A DNA stretch of 64,000 nt, taken from NCBI RefSeq assembly GCF_963921235.1, contig NC_086108.1, forward strand, positions 59,832,001 through 59,896,000. The letters are read 5' to 3'. Positions 50,295 through 63,838 of this stretch are shown here, one piece after another. How positions within the stretch are numbered: the first letter of the stretch is position 1; each line of letters begins with the position of its first letter. The stretch comes from Mobula hypostoma. Lineage: Eukaryota. The notes under the pieces were generated by a model. That model ran no database searches and had not been told where the DNA came from. It saw only the letters and a list, made by a program, of their open reading frames with translations. The position numbers and the translations under genes were made by a program.

Positions 50295-50745
50295 GGTCAA
50301 AGTCAAAGGTTCACTTATTATCAAAGCATGTATCCATATACAACTCTGAGATTCATCTCCTGCAGGTAGTCAAAAAACAAAGAAAGGACATGAAAGTCAT
50401 TCAGAGGAAACATCAACCTCACGCTCCGCACAAAAGAGAACGGCATCCTGATCATCAACCCCCAAACTCCCTTCTCCCCCCCAACAAAATAGAACAGAAC
50501 ATCAACCCCAAAACCCCTCCCCTGTACAAAATGGAACAAGAACATCAACCCACAGATCATTATACCTCACACAAGAAAACAGAAAGAAATGGGTGAAAAA
50601 CACAGAATATAAAAAGCATAAGTCAGGGGAAGTCCTTAGTCCATAAATGCAATTGTCCAATCCATAAAGGTGAACCATGGTAACATATTCCTTTGTCAAC
50701 AAAGAGCGAGATAACACACGACCGCGGAGGCCTACCTGCCTACCA
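50295..50745 (-). mobile_element. Non-autonomous Rex1-tailed element fragment
   Basis: ggtcaaagtcaaagg tail; ccatatacaactctgagattcat is the reverse of the 25020-25050 motif. Confidence 0.6.
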
Positions 50746-50857
50746 CTAAATAAACTTACACTAAATTATTAATTTGCCAACAAAGTCACTTTTTTACAAC
50801 TATTTTGAGCAAAACAAATTTAAAGAATTAAACACCAGCAATGAATTTTAAATAATA

Positions 50858-52100
50858 ATTGAATTGAATTGAATTGAATGATTTTTTGAATTGAATGATC
50901 TTTATTGTTATTATACATAGGTACAATGAAACTCTGTTTGGCTTCCTCTCAGGCAATTAAATAAAGCGGTAGATAAAAACAAGACAGTAATAGAAAAACA
51001 GTATTAAATAGATAAGTAACAGAAAATAAGTTGCAGCAGCACCAGAATATCACAGTATTGCACAAAGTGCCGTTAGTGCAAGTATTTGAGTCCTTATGTA
51101 TGCATGTGTGTGCTCACAGTTCCAGTCATTGTTCTGTGGCAGTGGTGTGATGGAGGCCACAGCTCTGGGACAGAAGCTGTTCCTCAGTCTATTTGTTCTG
51201 GCTTTTAGTGTCCTGAACCTTTTGCTGGACGGCAGCGGGTCAAACAGGGAGTGGCCGGGGTGTGTGGTGTCTCTGGTTATGTTGATTGCTTTCCTCCTGA
51301 GTCTGCTGGAATAGATGGTGTCCAGTCCTGGGAGCTGCATCCTGACAATTCGCTGGGCTGCCTTCACCACGCCATGCAGGTCTTGTTGCTCAGTGGCTGT
51401 GCAGCTGGCACACCACACTGTGGTGTTGTTGGTCAGGGTGGTTTCAATTGTGTTTCTGTAGAAGTTAAGCAACAGCTTTTGTGGAAGTTTGGCCTGATTC
51501 AGCTTTCTGAGGAAGAAGAGTCTTTGTTGTGCCTTTTTTACAAGCAGCGAGGTGTTGGTGGACAATGTCAGCTGTTTTGACAACATAACTCCAAGGAATT
51601 TTAGGTTTTCCACACTTTCCACTACCTCTCCATGTATATGGAGGGGGTTGTGTACTCCGTCCTTTGATCTCCTGAAGTCAATGATCATCTCTTTTGTTTT
51701 AGAAGTGTTAAGGACCAGGTCGTTGTCCTTACACCACTCGGTCAGATGATCCACCTCAAGCCTGTAGGCTGTTTCATCCTTGTCCGAGATCAGGCCAACC
51801 ACTGTCGTTTCGTCTGCAAATTTAATTATGGAGTTGGAGGTGTAGATGGGGGTGCAGTCATGTGTGAAGAGTGTGTAGAGCATAGGGCTCAGCAAACAGC
51901 CCTGCAGGGTGCCTATTTTTAAGATGAGGGTGGTGGAGGTGTGCTTACCAATTCTGACTTGCTGTGGTCGGTCTGTGAGAAAGTCCATGACCCATGAGCA
52001 CAGGGAGGAACCAAAGCCAAGAGTGTTCAGTTTGCTGACAAAGTTATGAGGGATGACTGTGTTAAATGCAGAACTGAAGTCCACAAATAACATCCTCACA
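50858..52100 (-). mobile_element. Rex1/Babar LINE 3' fragment with an (attga)n-type tail
   Basis: Tail at 50858-50897 plus an open RT frame. Confidence 0.92.
51050..52099 (-). pseudogene. Rex1/Babar RT C-terminal 349 aa, 5'-truncated; catalytic FADD altered to FADE
   Basis: [57 protein letters not shown]. Confidence 0.9.
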
Positions 52101-52199
52101 TAACCTAATGAAAAGGCAAAATATTGTATGTTTATTACTGAAAATATGCTTTCACTAAAGAAATGAAGATCCCACTTTCAAACTGATAGAAAACAAAAA

Positions 52200-53132
52200 C
52201 CCTCTGACTCTCAATACAGGAGCTCCTCAGAGCTGCGTACTGAGTCCCCTCCTTTATTCCCTGTATACCCATGATTGTATCCACCCACAGCTCTGATCTG
52301 CTAATTATATTTGCTAATGACAGTACTTTGATTGGCTGAATCTCAAACAATAATGAGGTGGCCTACAGGGAAGAAGTCATCTCTCTGACACAGCAGTGTC
52401 AAGAAAACAACTTCTCCCTCAATGTCGCAAAAAACAAAGGAGCTGGTTGCGGATTACAGGAGGAATGGAGACGGACTAACCCCTATTGACATCAATGGAT
52501 CTGGGGTTGAGAGGTTAAACAGCTTCAAGTTCCTCGGCATACACATCACTGAGGACCTCACGTGGTCTGTACACACCAGCTGTGTGGTGAAAAAGGCACA
52601 AGAGCACCTCTTTCACCTCAGACAGTTGAGGAGGTTTGGTATGGGCCTCCAAATCCTAAGAACTTTCTACAGGGGCACAATTGAGAGCATCCTGACTGGC
52701 TGCATCACTGCCTGGTATGGGAACTGTACCACCCTTAATTGCAGCACTCTGCAGAGAGTGGTGTGGACAGCCCAGTGCATCTGTGGTTGTGAACTTTGCA
52801 TGATTCAGGAAATTTACAAGGACAGGTGTGTAAAAAGGGCCCTTAGGATCATGGGGGACCCAAGTCATCCCATCTACAATCTATTCCAGCTGCTACCATC
52901 CGGGAAGCAGTACCACAGCATAAAAGCCGAGACAGCTTCTTCCTCCAGGCCATCAGACTGATGAACGCACGCTGATGTAAGTGTACTCTATATTACATTG
53001 ACTGTTCTAATTATTATTAATTATTATAAATTACTATGATTGCACATTGCATATTTAGATGGAGACATAACATAAAGATTTTTACTCCTCATTTTTGTGA
53101 AGGAAGTAAGAAATAAAGTCAATTCAATTCAA
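52200..53132 (+). mobile_element. Rex1/Babar LINE 3' fragment
   Basis: KTKELVADYRR, FKFLGIHIT, ESILTGCITAWYGNC; tail aataaagtcaattcaattcaa. Confidence 0.9.
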
Positions 53133-53284
53133 GATCAGAAAGTATCTGACAATGTCAAAACTTAATGCATTTCATAAAGTTGTTAGCATAAAATGAAACA
53201 ATAAATGTTTCTACAATAATTAATTACTTTAAAATTACACGGTAATGGATAGACTTGCTGATTGGATGCTCATTTTCAATGTAT

Positions 53285-53560
53285 CAGAGTCAGAATCAGG
53301 TTTATTATCACCGGCATGTGTCCTGAAATTTGTTAACTTAGCAGCAGCAGTTCAATGCAATACATAATATAGAAGCAAATAATAAACAAATAAATAAATC
53401 AGTCAATTACAGTATATATATATTGAATAGATTTTAAATCATGCAAAAATAGAAATTATATATATTTAATAAGTGAGGAACTGTTCACGGGTTCAATGTC
53501 CATTTAGGAATTGGATGGCAGAGAGGAAGATGCTGTTCCTGAGTCGTTGAGTCTGCGCTG
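53285..53560 (-). mobile_element. Rex1-type 3' tail fragment
   Basis: agagtcagaatcaggtttatt tail, as at 715. Confidence 0.7.
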
Positions 53561-53734
53561 AATGTATATTCTAATTTTGCAAGTTTGGTTTTGGTTAACC
53601 ACAGACCTCATTTCCTCATGTCTCCTTTGGGTATAAAGGAGGCTATTTGTCCCATCAAATCTATGCTGGCTCTCAGAACAATACTATTCCCCCAATTAAT
53701 TATTCTCTGTAATCTATTCTTATAACCAAAGAAC

Positions 53735-54003
53735 TTAATTTCAAAGAATCTTCATCCCACGTTCTCAATATTTATTGCTTATTTATTTATGTTATTGTTT
53801 CTTCTTCTCGTATTTGCACAGTTTGTTCATTTCTGCACTCTGGTTGAAGGCCCTAGTTTGATGGTTGCTCATTGATTCTGTTATCGTTACTATTCTGTAG
53901 ATTTGTTGAGTATGCCCACAAGAAAATGAATCTCAGAGTTGCATATGGTAACATATATGTACATTGATAATAAAATCTGCTTTGAATTTGAACTTTTGAA
54001 CTT
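53735..54003 (+). mobile_element. Rex1-type 3' UTR fragment
   Basis: gaatctcagagttgcatatgg...aataaa...tttgaatttgaacttttgaactttga. Confidence 0.7.
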
Positions 54004-54019
54004 TGATGGCTCTACCTTC

Positions 54020-54300
54020 AAAGGGCATAGTTTTAAAGTGCCTCGAAGTAGGTTTAGAGGAGATGTCAGGCGTAACTTTTTTACGCAGAGGGTGGTGAGT
54101 GCGTGGAATGGGCTGCCAGAGACGGTGATGGAGGTGGATACGATAGGGTCTTTTAAGAGACTCCTGGATAGGTACATGGAGCTTAGAAAAATAGAGGGCT
54201 ATGGGTAACCCTAGGTAATTTCTAAAGTAAGTACATGTTTGACACAGCATTGTGGGCTGAAGAGCCTGTATTGTGCTGTGGGTTTTCAATGTTTCTGTGT
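54020..54300 (+). mobile_element. CR1 3' end
   Basis: GHSFKV...RNFFTQRVVSAWNGLP...FKRLLDRYM. Confidence 0.88.
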
Positions 54301-54774
54301 CTCTACCTACTCTGCCATTGTACCAACCATTGCCACTGAGCTATTTTAATTTACGTAGGCTGTGACTGTCCGTCCAGTTATTATTCCCTGTTTAGAAGAG
54401 GCACATATGTTGGCGTATAATTCCATAGACACTAATTTACAAAGTAAATGATTAATTTTCACATTGGGCAATTGGAGATGATCAAGCTTCTCCAAAAGAC
54501 AAAGGTTACCTAAAGGAACTAGCCAGTGAGCCTTGGTTTACAAAGAAATTACGGTTAATCAAGATAAAATCATATGAAGCAGGCCTGTGACATGTCGGAG
54601 ATGTGTTGAATTGCTGAGTCAGACAGAGGAGTGTTTCAACTTTGTCCATGGGCAACAGTGGTCTCCCCTATGGCTTCATCCCTACTTGAACTTTTGAAGC
54701 TAATCAAGATGTTATGCTGAGGTTAGCATGGATGATCTGTATCAAAGAGCTCTAGGTTAGTTATCTACTGTCTC

Positions 54775-54908
54775 AAACAAAAGAGAATCTGCAGGTGTTG
54801 GAAATTCAAGCAACACACACAAAATGCTGGAGGAACTCAGCATGTCAGGCAGCATCTATGGAAAGGAGTACAGTCAACGTTTCAGGCCGAGACCCTTTGG
54901 CATGACAG
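54775..54908 (-). mobile_element. Penelope 3' terminus with a mutated hammerhead core
   Basis: cagtcaacgtttcaggccgagaccct followed by ttggcat instead of tcNtcag. Confidence 0.8.
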
Positions 54909-55015
54909 TTATCCATTTACCTACTTAGTTACCTGCTCGGCCTTTCACCTTTGGTGCTCCAAATTATTTCGAAGGTTTGGAAAATACTATCTATCAGCAA
55001 ATGATGAGTTTGAGT

Positions 55016-55311
55016 TGTTACGTACCCCATGACTGGGTTGTCAAACCAGCAGAAACGGAACACTCGTTGGAGTCTGTGATTACTAGAAACTAATAAAGTT
55101 TTATTAATAAAAATAAGTAATACAGTACACTAACCACAAGGATACGACTGTAAGAGGATAGCAATCATAGTATACACATATACACAAAAATAGGATAATA
55201 GGAATCAACCAAACCCTATCGCAGTCTAGGGGTAAAATGATCAGTCTTAAGTGAAACAGAGTTCAGTTCAGTTTAGTGCAGTTCAAAGTAATCGTTGTTG
55301 TTGTACCGTTG

Positions 55312-55390
<79 letters not shown>

Positions 55391-55944
55391 AGAGAGAGAG
55401 AGAGTAAGAGATACAGTTGGTTTCAGGCAAACCTTTCGATGCCTTCTGATCCCGCTGTGATCACCAACTGTGACCCCTCTGTTCCAGATGCGACCGTTCT
55501 TCCATGGTGAACCCGGCACCCAGGCAAGGGTGGACACACAACAGGTCCACACCAGTCATACTTTTACACCCTGTGAGCCTCTGGCCGATTCCTGTGAATC
55601 GGTCCTCCAACTCCCACCAACTTGTGGGGCACAATGCTCTTTCCAGGGTCTCGTGGCGTGTGTCTTGTGCCTTTAGCAACCCCGCTATTTTTATCCCCCT
55701 AATGGGGTATCACCTGTCCATCAAACTTCACATTTCCTATTGTCTCAGCAAGCAGGATTGTTAATGAACAGTTCAGGTTCAAAATAAACTATCTGTGGCA
55801 GACGCCAACATCTGAATTATGTGTCTCGCTCTCATTATCTCTCTCTTCTCTCTATTAGCATTTTGAATGGCTCTCCGTTGTCTCTCGTTATCTCTCTCAT
55901 TAACATCATCCGTTCTGCAGCACTGCTTGGCTTCACACATGACA
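55016..55944 (-). mobile_element. Solo LTR, 929 bp, inserted in a Rex1 fragment
   Basis: TGTTA...TGACA termini; 4-bp TSD gagt at 55012-55015 and 55945-55948; minus-strand AATAAA near 55080. Confidence 0.8.
55311..55405. repeat. (GA)n microsatellite
   Basis: Read directly from the sequence. Confidence 0.98.
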
Positions 55945-57414
55945 GAGTACAGAGAGGAAATTAAGAACCTGGTGGCCTGGTGCGAAGACAATAACCTATC
56001 CTTCAACGTCAGCAAGACGAAGGAATTGGTTGTTGACTTCAGAAGGAGTAGCAGACTTCACGACCCAATTTACATCGGCGGTGCGCAAGTGGAACAGGTC
56101 AAAAGCTTCAAGTTCCTTGGGGTCAATATCACAAATGACCTGACTTGGTCCAACCAAGCAGAGTCCACTGCCAAGAAGGCCCACCAGCATCTTTACTTCC
56201 TGAGAAAACTAAAGAAATTTAGCCTGTCCCCTAAAACACTCACTAATTTTTATAGATGCACCGTAGAAAGCATTCTTCTAGGGTGCATCACAACCTGGTA
56301 TGGAAGTTATCCTGTCCAAGACGGGAATAGCTGCAGAAGATCGTGAACACGGCGCAGCACATCACACAAACCAATCTTCTGTCTGTGGACTCACTTTACA
56401 CTGCACACTGTCGGAGCAGTGCTGCCAAGATAATCAAGGACACGACCCACCCAGCCAACACACTTTTTGTCCCTCTTCCCTCCAGGAGAAAGCTCAGGAG
56501 CTTGAAGACTCGTACAGCCAGATTTGGGAACAGCTTCTTTCCACCTGTGATAAGACTGCTGAACGGAAACTGACCCGGATCTGGGCCGTACCCTCCAAAT
56601 ATCCGGACCTGCATCTCGGTTTTTTTGCACTACCTTACTTTCCATTTTTCTATTTTCTATTTATGATCTATAATTTAAATTTTAATATTTGCTATCGATT
56701 TGTAATCCAGGGAGCGGGAAGCGCAGAATCAAATATCGCTATGATGATTGTACGTTCTAGTATCAATTGTTTGGTGACAATAAAGTATAAAGTATAAGTA
56801 CTCTTCCAATCAGCCTGGCTCACTAATGGTACTCTAAATGACATAGGTTCAAAGTAAGTTGAGCAACCTGTACATCAGGTGTATTATAGTGTGTGATGGG
56901 TGGGATATTGCAATTCAGATGGGGAAAATAGTAATGATCAGAAGTAACGCTAAACAGTCTGGTCTAGACTTACTGTTCACTTTGCTTTTCTCTTTTTGTC
57001 CACCTGTGGCATAAGGATACTAGCAACAATGCAAGGGCTGTGTTGCAATCTGTAAAATTTGTAATCAACATTAAACAGCAAGGCAATAAGATAAGTAAAG
57101 GAAAGTGCATATGTGGTACATCTTGTGGCCAAATTTGCCTGAATTTGCTTCTGAATGATTTGGATTGAACAATACAGCATAAAACTGAGGAAACAGCAAG
57201 ATTCAACACACTTTCACCTTCTCCCTCTCTTTAAAATTATGGTGTCTCTACTAATAATGTGCCTTATTGATTTAAAAGTAAAAGGTTAGTTTCATCTAAA
57301 ATATCTTTTATTTTATTGATCAACTAACAAACTATGCTCAGCAATAGTTCACATATGAGACCCACCTTCCTAGCCAAGAATTGGCAAAATTCCTCAATCT
57401 GCAATCCTAAATAA

Positions 57415-57565
57415 TTTTGTTGCAGGAACTTGCTACACAAAATTTGGCCACTCCATTTCTGTTCTACAACAGTGACTACACTTCAAAGAAATTTCATTGC
57501 CTGTTTAATGCTTTGGGGTATTCTGGAAGGGATGTGAATGGTTTTGTAGAAACACTAATCTTTTT
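57415..57565 (+). mobile_element. Deu-domain SINE 3' part (SacSINE1-like)
   Basis: tacaacagtgactacacttcaaag...ttcattgcctgt...gctttggg. Confidence 0.6.
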
Positions 57566-58632
57566 ATAAACACAAGTCACCTGCTCCATTTCCTTGTGGC
57601 AGAATGTCAAATCTACGCTGTAGATACTCATATGCTGTGCTTTGGGAGAACTTGCCATAATAACGGCACCGTATAAACATAACTTGTTGTCCCATTATTG
57701 ATACTATTTACACTTACTACAAGTTCAAGAACATGACAAAGATGGCAGCAACTGAGGACAGGAATGGTATGTAAGTTATAAGATTTTTAACCAAATGCCA
57801 GATTAGTTTTTAGTATCCAATGAAGAATAGGGAAATTAAATAAGCCAAAATGAAACCAAAACATAGGATTAAGAGCTGAAAGAATCACAGATGAATAAAA
57901 CATCATGGCTTTCTTTACATAATGAATCTTACCGCTATAGAAATGTCAAATGAAAATATTTTTGTTGGAGTTAGTCCACATTGTCGGAGTGAAAAATGAA
58001 GCTGCTCTTAATTGTAAAAGAAATGCTTATACGCTTGCAATTATAGTGGGAGTAAGTTTTGTAGGGTCTCAATTATTCCGTGGTATTTTGAAGTTATTAA
58101 ATTTGATCTGGTAACTAAGAATCAACCCACGTGCTTTCTGTTGAACAAACAAGTAAAAGCTGAAGTAGCCACTTTGGGAGGCAGTGACATTTTTGAAGTG
58201 AAATCTGCAATCTGTAAATTGAAAGAAAGTAAAAATATTTGAGAAATGGAAATATGCCAAGAGTTCTTTCCAGGGAGATGAATAAAAACCCTGAATCAAT
58301 CCAAGCAATAATAAAATGAATATAAAGAGCCAAATATACACATGCATGTATATATTTATTCAGTTCCAGAAACTTATATTTGCAAAAACAGTGCCTATAA
58401 AAAGTATTCACCAACCCCCTCTCCCCTTGGAAGTTTTCATGTTTTATTCTTTTATAACACTGAATCACAATGGATTTAACTTGGCTTTTTTTGACACTGG
58501 TCAATCGGAAAAGACTCTTTTGTGTTAAAGTTAAAACAGATCTCTACAAAGTGATCTAAATTAACTACAAATATAAAACACAAAATAAGTATTCACCCCC
58601 CCCACCTTTAATATTACATATCACTGATGCAG

Positions 58633-59151
58633 GCAACACACATAAAAGTTGCTGGTGAACGCAGCAGGTCAGGCAGCATCTCTAGGAAGAGGTACAGTCG
58701 ACGTTTCAGGCCGAGACCCTTCATCAGGACTAACTGAAGGAAGAGCTAGTAACAGATTTGAAAGTGGGAGGGGGAGGGGGAGATCCAAAATGATAGGAGA
58801 AGACAGGAGGGGGAGGGATGGAGCCAAGAGCTGGACAGTTGATTGGCAAAAGGGATATGAGAGGATCATGGGACAGGAGGCCCAGGGAGAAGGAAAAGGG
58901 GGGGGGAGCCCAGAGGATGGGCAAAGGGTATAGTGAGAGGGATAGAGGGAGAAAAAGAATGTGTGTATATAAATAAATAACGGATGGGGTACGAGGGGGA
59001 GGTGGGGCATTAGCGGAAGTTCGAGAAGTCAATGATCATGCCATCAGGTTGGAGGCTACTCAGACGGAATATAAGGTGTTGTTCCTCCAACCTGAGTGTG
59101 GCTTCATCTTTACAGTAGAGGAGGCCGTGAATAGGCATATCGGAATGGGAA
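58633..59151 (-). mobile_element. Penelope 3' fragment of the young family, inside the Tc1
   Basis: Reverse complement closely matches about 4322-4862. Confidence 0.93.
58695..58732 (-). ncRNA. Minimal type I hammerhead ribozyme with a canonical CUGAUGA core
   Basis: Minus strand reads tagtc-CTGATGA-agggtctcggcct-GAAA-cgTC-gactg. Confidence 0.85.
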
Positions 59152-59152
59152 T

Positions 59153-59464
59153 CCAAACTTGGGAGAAGATTTGTTTTCCACCAAGGCAATGAACCCAAGC
59201 ATAAAGGCAAAGCTATATAGGAATGGCTTGAAAACAACAGAGTTGATGTCCTGGAATGGCCAAGATAGAGTCCAATTGAGAAGTTGTGGCTGGACTTGAA
59301 AAAGGTGGTTCACTCATAATTCCCATGCAATTTGATAGAGCTTGAGCAGTTGGATAAGAAAAATGGGGAAAATTATAATGTCCAGATATGCAAAGTTGAT
59401 AGTGACCTATCCACAGAGACTCTAGGCTGTAATTGCTACCAAAGGTGCATCTACTAAATACTGA
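59153..59464 (+). pseudogene. Tc1 transposase C-terminal remnant
   Basis: FVFHQGNEPKH, VLEWP..SP, IEKLW.DLK, AVIATKGASTKY*. Confidence 0.85.
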
Positions 59465-60107
59465 CCATGGGGGTGAGTAATTATGCAACCAATTATTTTG
59501 TGTTTAATTATTGTAATAAATTTAGACCAATTTGTAGAAATTTCTTTTCACTTTGACACGAAAGAGACTTTTCTGTTGATCAGTGTCAAAAAATCCAAAT
59601 TAAATCTGTTATTTTTCAATGTTGTTAAACAAAAAAAACATGAAAACTTCCAAAGGGGGTGAATACTTTTTTATAGGCAATGTATATCTTATGATGTATT
59701 TCTACGATTTGATTACTAAAAGCTTGTCGAAGTGTTTGTCCCAGCGCTTTGTCGGAGTTCAGAGATGCTCCCAGTTAATTAACCACTTGGTATGGACCTG
59801 TTTTTCATTCTTTCTACTGGTGAAGAAATTCTGGAATGGACAATGCAGCTGTTTTCATGTATTTCATTGCCATTCCATTTTTAGATTAAAAACAGATTTG
59901 ATAATAGAACAAAAGTTGATTTTTATTTATACAGACATGGAATCCATTTAAAGGCCATGTGTTGTTAGATCTCTGCTATTTGTCCTCTATCATCGTTTCT
60001 ACCTTAATTCCCTCAATATGCTGACCAACTATTAGTATTGATCAAGACAATATTATGTATCCTGTCTTGTAACACACCATGCTCTGACAAACAAAGATTC
60101 AGGGTGA

Positions 60108-60915
60108 GATGGATAGATAGATATTTTATTGATCCCAAAGGAAATTACAGTGTCACAGTAGCATTACAAGTGCACGGATTTACAAATATACAAATATTAG
60201 AAGAAGAGTAGAAAGAATAAAAATTAAATTACCTCAAACCGTCTAACAAGAGGGGTAATTACTTCCCCATCTATAGTTGACTCATTATAGAGCCTAATGG
60301 GCAAAGTTAGGAATGACTTCAATTATCGCTCTTTGGAGCAGTGCAGTTGTCTTAGTCTATTTCTAAAAGTGCTTCTCTGTCCAGCCAAGGTGGCATGCAG
60401 AGGATGAGAAACATTGTCCAGAATTGTCAGGATTTTCTGTAGGGTCCTTTGTTCTACCACAGCCTCCAGTGTGTCCAGTTTAACTCCTATAACAGAGCCA
60501 GCCTTTCCAATCAACATATTGGACCTTTTGGTATCACCTGTGTTGATACCATTGCCGCAGCACACCTCCACATAGAGGATTGTAGTGGCGACAGCAGACT
60601 GGTAAAAAATGTGAAGAAGAGACCTACCTACCCCAAAGGGCCTCAGTCTCCTCAGGAAGTAGAGGCAACTCTGGCCCTTCTTGTACACTGTCTGTATTGG
60701 TCCTCCACCAGGGCCCTGTATTCATCCTCCTATCATCCCTTTATACACCCACTATTGCTGAGTCATCAGAGAGTTCCTGCAGATGTCATGATTCTGTGTT
60801 GTATCTAAAGTCCAAGGTATATAGGATAATCAGGAACTGAGCCAATAAAGTCCCCTTTGGGGTCTCAGTACTGCTTATAGCCATGTCAGACACACAGCTC
60901 TGAAGCCACACAAAC
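60108..60915 (-). mobile_element. Rex1/Babar LINE 3' fragment with an internal deletion
   Basis: (gata)n tail; minus KKGQSCLYFLRRLRPFGV; HLQELSDDSAIVGCI. Confidence 0.85.
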
Positions 60916-63838
60916 TGTAATCCTGGAAAATACAGACTATTTCCCACATCTCAGAAGCTATCTCTTGGAGAAAGTAGATATCGAAAGTGGTGATGAAGAT
61001 TATCATCACTGCACCAGTCCGCATTTCATTTGACAAAGGGATATTTAAAAAACAAGGCCTACGACTAGAACAAAATTCATAATCCACAGGCAAAGTAACC
61101 TCTACCTACTGTACTGCTCAAATACCCAGCTCTTTTCAACAGGCACTTCAAAGCACTGGAGAAATATCATTAATGCTGTCCCAAATTTGTTGGAACAATA
61201 AGCAAACCAATATTGTTATCCTCTCCCAGGCCAGAGAGAACTGAGAACCTGCAATTCATTCAGACAGCTACATTGAACAGGACATATCTTCTGTGTGCTC
61301 AATAATAAATTCCCCAAAAAACACTTCATTCTGAGCTCTGTCACGGGAAGTGTTTACCAAAGCAAAATATTCAAGGATGAGTTCAAAATTCTTTGATATA
61401 ATGGAACATCTCTACTGACTCTTGAAGGTCTGGACCAAACCCACTTAGAGTGGAATGGCATTAAGAACCCCAAAGCCATGTAGTGAGAGCCCACAGAAAC
61501 CTTGTGTAATGAGCAAAAGGAGCATGCCCTCTTAAACACCTGCCCATCTAACTTGTTAGCCACATATTGCCCCATCTGTAGCTGGGCCTGCAGTTCTCAA
61601 AGCAGCCTTATTAGCACTTAAGAACACAAAACCAGGACATAAGTCTCAGGCATCTACCAAGGAAGAAAATTATTTAAAGAAGAATTCACCTAACCGCAGC
61701 TAAAGTCTTGGAAAAATCAGATAAACATTTAGGTCATTTCAAGTATTTTTAAGTTAGGAACTTTGATTCCAAACGTAAGAATTTTCTTTTATTTGAATAA
61801 CTTTCTGTCAGTTCCACGTTGGGTAGAGCAGAACTTGCAAAAGAAGGAGTGAACAACTGCAGAAAGATCAAATGATTCCTGTCTTTATTTTCCGAACAAA
61901 GTGTAGGTCAAATGTCATGCACCACCCATCTGAAGAGTTGTGAAAATATCTCTTGTGATTCCTTGACATTTCCTGCAACTAGACCATTGTAGCAGTGCCA
62001 CAACTAGCATAGTATGTTTGTTGTAACTTTTGGACAGAGGTCAATATCACTTATTTGTTTCCACCTGAATACCCAGGGAGCCTAAACCATCTGTCATTCT
62101 CTGATCCTGCTTACCTTAAATAAATAATTGAAGCGGTTTTTTTTTGCTATGCTTAAACATGTCAGCATTTTCTCCAGAAACATTTGGAAAAGAGCAGGAA
62201 AAGGCTCTAGATGTTTTTCTAATTGCAGGGATTTCATCAAGCGCTGGAATTTTCAGCTATAACATCCTTCCATCTTCTACACGACTCCACAACTTCCATC
62301 ATTTAATGAACTGCTGCTATATTCATTTTCAACTGGTTCTTCTCAGGATTCAATACCTAATGTCTGAATTTCCCAAACTCCAGATCCACATTTCGCCCAG
62401 AGCCTCTGTTAGAATTTTCAGGTCATTAATGACAGTCAGTTTATGAGCTTTAAAAGGAATGGGTCCAGCAACTGCCTGAGCTGGAGCTGTTCCACAGCAT
62501 CTCATTGAAGATGGTATCACCTGAATAAATGATCAGCAACAATAACAGACTATGTCAACATGTTTCCAGCATCCAATAAATAATATCTGCCCAAGTAAGA
62601 TATTCATGTTATTTGACACTTCAGTATCACCAGTTTCTGTAGGATCAGGCTCCCTGGGAAGACTATTTTTCCCTTTAAGATGGCAAGCTACATTCAAGTG
62701 ATGCATAGTTTACTAAACTTCCGAATTGACAAATTATCCATAAATAGGGAAATTGGAGCAACTGACCAATGTAAATCTACTATGAAAACTGATTAGGCTT
62801 TCTATCCCTACGAACAGGGAAGTAAAACAGGCAACTGTTCACTTTGTGCATATCATAAACAAAATGCCAATGACATTGAATTTTAATTGCATGAAGCCAG
62901 GAAACTCATCTATATGAAAATATGTTTCATTTATGGCTTTTTATTGGTATTCTCATATATATTGTGAAGTATTTAAAAAAGTAAGATTATTTTTTTCACC
63001 ATCTTCGGGCCAATATTACATTCTATGACGTCCTGTTTTGTAATTAACTTCATAATACTGTTCCCTCAGTATTCTTGGATAATAATCTGCACAAGTTATG
63101 AAAAATAGGAAGAGCTGAATGAAATTTAAATCAGAAAAGGACAAAGTGGAAAATAAACTGAATGCTGGAAAAATGAGATTTAAAAAAAAACTAAAAAAAG
63201 TCAATGATCTGAAATTGTTGCATTGACTAATGAGTCTGAAATGCTGTAATGTTCCTCAAGGCCACGCCCACCCTAACTACACTATCTGTGGATTGCTCCA
63301 TTGTTCCAATGAAGATCAACATTACACTTGTTTCAGTGAACACATCTTGTAACCAAACACAGGTTTATTCAATGGGAAATCTTCCCTAGAAGATTTAATG
63401 ATTTACTAACCTCGAAAAGGACTAGTAATATTTAGAGTTGTAATATTTATCATTTGCTTGCTAGTTGTTTTCATGATATTAGCATTTTCTTACTTAGCAC
63501 TAATGTGAATTTCAGTGGATTTTTCAGTAATGTAAGCACAACAAAGGTATTTTCAATTTCCCTAATGATATTTACTTTTAATAGCATACTTCCACCTTTG
63601 AAATTTATAGCTACCTACATTGCAAATTCAAGGATTTTTTCTGGAGTATTTTAATAATTTTTAAGAGTTTGATTGAAGACTCAAATGGTTTTGCTAAAGA
63701 TCCCTTAAATCAATTGTGCAAAAATGAAGTGACTATGACTTCATATAAAAAATGGATGTGTGATGCTACTGTGAACTACACCGAGAATAAAAGGGATAAT
63801 GTTGTAAAAATATACCTGCATATGTATTCAAATAAGTT

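Larger units (their letters stand above)
54993..56800 (+). mobile_element. Rex1/Babar LINE 3' fragment (54993-55015 and 55945-56800)
   Basis: NDEFE|YREEIKNLVAWCEDNNLSFNVSKTKELVVDFRR; tail aataaagtataaagtataagta. Confidence 0.88.
58389..59682 (+). mobile_element. Tc1-like DNA transposon, IR/DR type, internally deleted
   Basis: TIRs of about 215 bp (cagtgcctataaaaagtattcacc / ggtgaatacttttttataggcaatg, then TA); inner repeats at about 58587 and 59469; transposase remnant present. Confidence 0.9.

Noticed and set aside
55251..55552. ER- and LS-repeat ORFs
   Set aside because: Translations of the (GA)n tract.
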